NCBI RefSeq assembly: GCF_009914755.1
Contig: NC_060935.1
Source of the DNA: the human T2T-CHM13v2.0 reference genome, Homo sapiens
DNA: 64,000 nt
Reading direction: 5' to 3' (one strand)
Made by a program: the position numbers and the translations under genes
Part shown: one piece after another, positions 56,751 through 64,000 of the stretch
Layout of the letters: every line of letters begins with the position of its first letter
Position numbering within the stretch: position 1 is the stretch's first letter
The notes under the pieces: generated by a model
Databases searched by the model: none
What the model was told of the DNA's origin: nothing
What the model saw: only the letters and a program-made list of their open reading frames with translations

Positions 56751-57071
56751 TTACTATTTTTTTCTTCCTTAGATTACAGCTCCCAAAATATCTGCAGGGA
56801 ATATGATGCCCTCTGTCCACTCAAGTCACTATGCCTAAAAAGGTACTTTGTCAGAAAGAAAGACATGTTGAAGAAGGGTGAATACTATAAAGGTATAAAC
56901 AGGGGTACCTGAGCCGTGAGAATCACATGCACCCCATCCACGTAAACCAACAAGAACAGTCAGGTATCCATCTACCAATCTATGTGTTGGTCCATCCAAC
57001 CGGTGATTCAAACAAATACTGAGTGCCTTCTGTTAGTTATATATATCAGTACTATATAAAATACAGATGTG

Positions 57072-58872
<1,801 letters not shown>

Positions 58873-59251
58873 AAGTAGTTCCTTATCTTTGTAAAACTTT
58901 CAAGCTAGGCACAACAGCAACATTAGAACTAAGTCCATGAGGTTAGTTTACAGCCAAAATCACATCTCTTCTCAAAGGAACCTTGGCTACTAAAAACAAA
59001 AAAGGCATTTGAAAACAGATCATAATAAAGCAAGTGTAAACTTGCTCACTGTTTGTAAAGCATAAGGCCCCTGTATTAGTCAGAAGGGTCAATGTTCATT
59101 TAGAAAGACTTGCACTCTCTCCTATCTCAAGGCTCTCCATCTTTCTGAAACACATTTCAGCCCTGGGTGGCTCCCTTTCAATGTAGAAAATGGTCCTAGA
59201 ATTTGAGAAATTAAGGCTATTTGTGCTACCTCCCTTATCAAAGAAGTAGGA

Positions 59252-59558
<307 letters not shown>

Positions 59559-59562
<4 letters not shown>

Positions 59563-60830
59563 ACCTATGGAATGGGAGAAAATATTTGCTAACCATATAT
59601 CAGATAAATGTTTAATGTCCATAATATATGGGGAACTCCTACAACTCAATAACCAAAAAACCCCACAAATAACCATACTAAACAATGGGCCAAAGACTTG
59701 CATGCACATTTCTCTAATAATGATATACAAATGGTCAACAAGCATATAAGAAGATGCTGAACATGACTAATCATTAGGGAAATGCAAAGCAAAACCACAT
59801 TTATTTATCGCCTCACACCTGTTAGGATGACCACTATAAAAAGAAAAAAAAAACAGGAAATAACAAGTGCTGACAAGGATATGAAGTTGGAACCCTCATG
59901 CACTGTTGGTAGGATTGTAAAATGGTTCAGCTGCTATGGAAAACAGTATGGAGGTTCCTCAAACAATTAAAAATAGAACTACCATATGTCCAGCAATTCC
60001 ACTTCTGGTTATGTATCTAAAAGAAATGAAAACAGGATCTTGAAGAGATATTTGCACACCCATGTTCATTGCAGCATTTTTCAAAATAGCCAAAATGTGG
60101 AACCAGCCTAAATGTCCATCAGTAGATGAATGGATAAAGAAAATGTGGTATATACATAGAATGGAATATTATTCAGCCTTTGAAAAGAAGGAAATTATGA
60201 TACATACATACAACTTTTTCTTTTATTTATTTATTTATTTTTTGGAGATGGAGTGTCGCTTTGTCACCCAGGTTGGAGTGCAGTGGCACGATCCCGGCTC
60301 GCTGCAACCTCCACCTCCAGGTTCAAGCGATTCTCCTGCCTCAGCCTCCTGAGTAGCTGGGTTACAGGTGCCCACCACCGCACTCGGCTAAGTTTTGTAT
60401 TTTTAGTACAAATGGAGTTTCACCATGTTGGCCAGGCTGGTCTCGAACACCTGACCTCAAGTGCTCTGCCTGCCTTGGACTCCCAAAGTGCTGGGATTAC
60501 AGGCGTGAGCCACCGCGCCCAGCCACTGTGACATATTAATAGATGATCCTTAAGGACATTATGCTAAGTGAAATAACCCAACCACAAAAAGACAAATACT
60601 GCAAGATTCCATTAATAAGAGGTACCTAAAGTTATCAAACTCACAGAAACAGAAAGTAGAGTGGTGGCTGCCAGGGGCTTGTGGGAGGGTGAAAAGGAGT
60701 CATTCAAAGGATACAGAGTTTCAGTCACGCAAGATGAAGAGGTTCTAGAGATCTATTGAACAATAATGTGTACTGTACACTTTTAAAATTATTAAGAGGG
60801 TAAATCTATGTTATGTTTTCTATCACAGAC
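59559..60830 (+). mobile_element. L1MA/MB-type 3' end (ORF2 C-terminus and 3' UTR) split by a reverse Alu (60214-60523)
   Basis: Peptides RQPMEWEKIFANHISDK and [39 protein letters not shown] are typical L1 ORF2p C-terminus; frameshifted. Confidence 0.9.
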
Positions 60831-61527
60831 ACACGTACACGAAGATAAAAAGGGTTACATGTGCCAACAGAACAAAGAAAAGATAAACGCCACCTTGCTG
60901 AGGTGAAATGACCCAAGGGGACAGCAAGGAGACAAAGGCAGTAGAAGCTGGGCTACCTCTGTGTAGGGGAGGAAAAAAGCAGAAGAGGCAAAAAGAGTCA
61001 CACGTACCCTCTGATGCAGCAAAGGAAAAGGGCACAATGTTAACAAGCTGCAATTCTCTTTCTATGACAAGGTCATACTTTCAGCCTCTGATTCCTTTAT
61101 TATTACAATTTTCTACTCCTGCTCTAACTTGATTTTAATTTCCTGGCAAGTGACACCCAAGTCATGCAGGCTTTTCATTGGAACCCACCACTCTGTCCAA
61201 GGTGCTCTGCAAAAGGTGCAGGCATTCTTCTCCAAGATTTTACATAGTCCATTTACATAGTCCAAAAGAAGGTTGCTCTCATACTGCATAATCTGGCGTA
61301 ATGGAGATCTGCTCACTAGTGAGCCTCATCCAGCAAATAAGCTTGGAACCTCCATTTTCCCCCTTTGGAAACAGAGGAGGAGTTTGTTAATTGTTGCTAT
61401 TTAAAAATCAGGCAGCTTCTCAGGTGAGGGGGCTGTCAGCATGTCAGCCTACAGCAAGCAGGGGGAGCCCCTGTGGGTGAATTAGGCAGGATGGGTGGGG
61501 TGGTGGTGCGGGTACTGCAATGACCAG

Positions 61528-61546
61528 TGACTCCCCCTGGTGGAGC
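61528..61546 (-). promoter_or_regulatory. Candidate CTCF core motif
   Basis: Reverse strand GCTCCACCAGGGGGAGTCA against consensus TGGCCACCAGGGGGCGCTA; 11 contiguous core bases match. Confidence 0.45.
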
Positions 61547-62767
61547 CAAGTGGTAGGGCACTTAGGAAATATTTACCCACACCTAACCATCAACACTTTT
61601 TGCTTGAGCTAATGCAATGGCCAAGTACACAAAATTGGATTTAAGTAGGAAACATGACATCAGCCTAGCATAGACTAAGGCATCAAGAAAGTCCATGCCT
61701 TGACGAAAGGGGCTGCTGTCCTACTCAATTCCTGCTGACTGTTAGGTGGGAATGTGAGCCTGTTTTTTCAACAGAATCCAGATACCCGAATTGATATGGA
61801 AAAAAAACATCCAAATTTTTAGAAACACTGTGAGGCAAACAAACATACTTGAGGACTATTTTGCAATATCTTGGTTAATGTAACAATAGGCCCACCCATG
61901 AAAGCAAAATTTGCTCACACAAACATGTTGTCAGGAATGCTTCCAAGAAAGAGCAGAAATAAGATGTACTGAATCCTGGGCCCACCCCCCAACCACTCAA
62001 TAAATGTGTAAGAAATCCAGGAGGAGAGGATGCTACCTGCACAGTTCTAATGGGCTGGGACCAATTACAATAAGCAAAATATGTTATGCAAACAGAACCC
62101 CATACACCTGGTGTTACTGTCTTGGAAAAGCCTCCAAAGCACCCTTTAGAGCACTACTCTGAATAGATACAGTAGAGAAGGGGATCTGAAGGGGGAAGAA
62201 TGAGTACACGGGAAATTACTCCCAACGTATTTGCAGCACACATACAGACGTCACTGTAGTCCCCAAGTGCTCCAAGACCCAGAGCTGACAGAAGCGATTA
62301 CATCTTTTCATGTTTCAGGATGTATACAAAGCACACAGCACGCTCTACACCATTCAGCCCCAGAGAGAGGAATGATGAGGGATAATTTAGATCAGCCTAG
62401 TAGGTGCTAGCATGACCTGCACTGGGAGAAGGGCTGCCTGCCAAGCATACTGCCTGGAGGATCTGGAGGCTCATGCCCTCCCAACCAGGGCAAGCCTCCT
62501 CATTTGCACACGATTCCCAAGAAAGAAAGTGAGGCTGGAGAACCTTGCTTCAGGCCAGATAGTACAAGAAACAAATTCTTTATGCATTTATGCCTGCTCT
62601 TAACCATCAAAGAATCCCACAAGAGCCAATACTTACTTAGAGCATCTAGTCCAAACTAGAGAGAGAGCAAGTGCAGGAGTCCCCTAACAACCTCTTTGGG
62701 GCCCTCATTGTCATAATGCCTTCTATTACTCTAGCACCTGACTCTTCCAAATCACATTCCTATAAAG

Positions 62768-63378
<611 letters not shown>

Positions 63379-63423
63379 ATATAGAGGGTAGGGCAGGGAA
63401 CACACACAGAATTCAGAGGCTCA

Positions 63424-64000
<577 letters not shown>

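Noticed and set aside
61511-61519. GGTACTGCA resembling the CTCF upstream (ZF9-11) module
   Set aside because: Lies on the wrong side of the core motif for its orientation.

Overview
Primate, almost certainly human, genomic DNA. It lies inside AMBRA1 (autophagy and beclin-1 regulator 1, a DCAF substrate receptor; human 11p11.2 from recall), transcribed on the minus strand. Four coding exons with canonical GT-AG ends join in one reading frame: 44781-44867 (87 nt), 40245-40424 (180 nt), 26177-26257 (81 nt) and 25661-25761 (101 nt). They read ...[54 protein letters not shown]...[69 protein letters not shown]. The rest is intron, with roughly 55-60 Alu copies or fragments (about a quarter of the window), L1, MLT1 LTRs, DNA transposon fossils (Tigger1, MER6, MER20, MER58, MER103/Charlie) and MIR/L2. 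Nearly all ORFs in the supplied track are Alu/L1 read-throughs or chance ORFs. There are no prokaryotic systems, CRISPR arrays or RNA genes, and I see no evidence of a wholly new multi-gene system. The best leads are: (1) a candidate frame-preserving 21-nt microexon (GSYIAPW) at 37631-37651; (2) a candidate 46-nt poison exon at 44619-44664; (3) three symmetric phase-2 exons bracketed by inverted AluY copies, so any circle made from them is a stop-free ORF; (4) a TSD-bounded chimeric Alu at about 9.8-10.1 kb containing a perfect fold-back and an exact 48-bp copy of DNA 1.7 kb away. Repeat boundaries and subfamily names are by eye and approximate.
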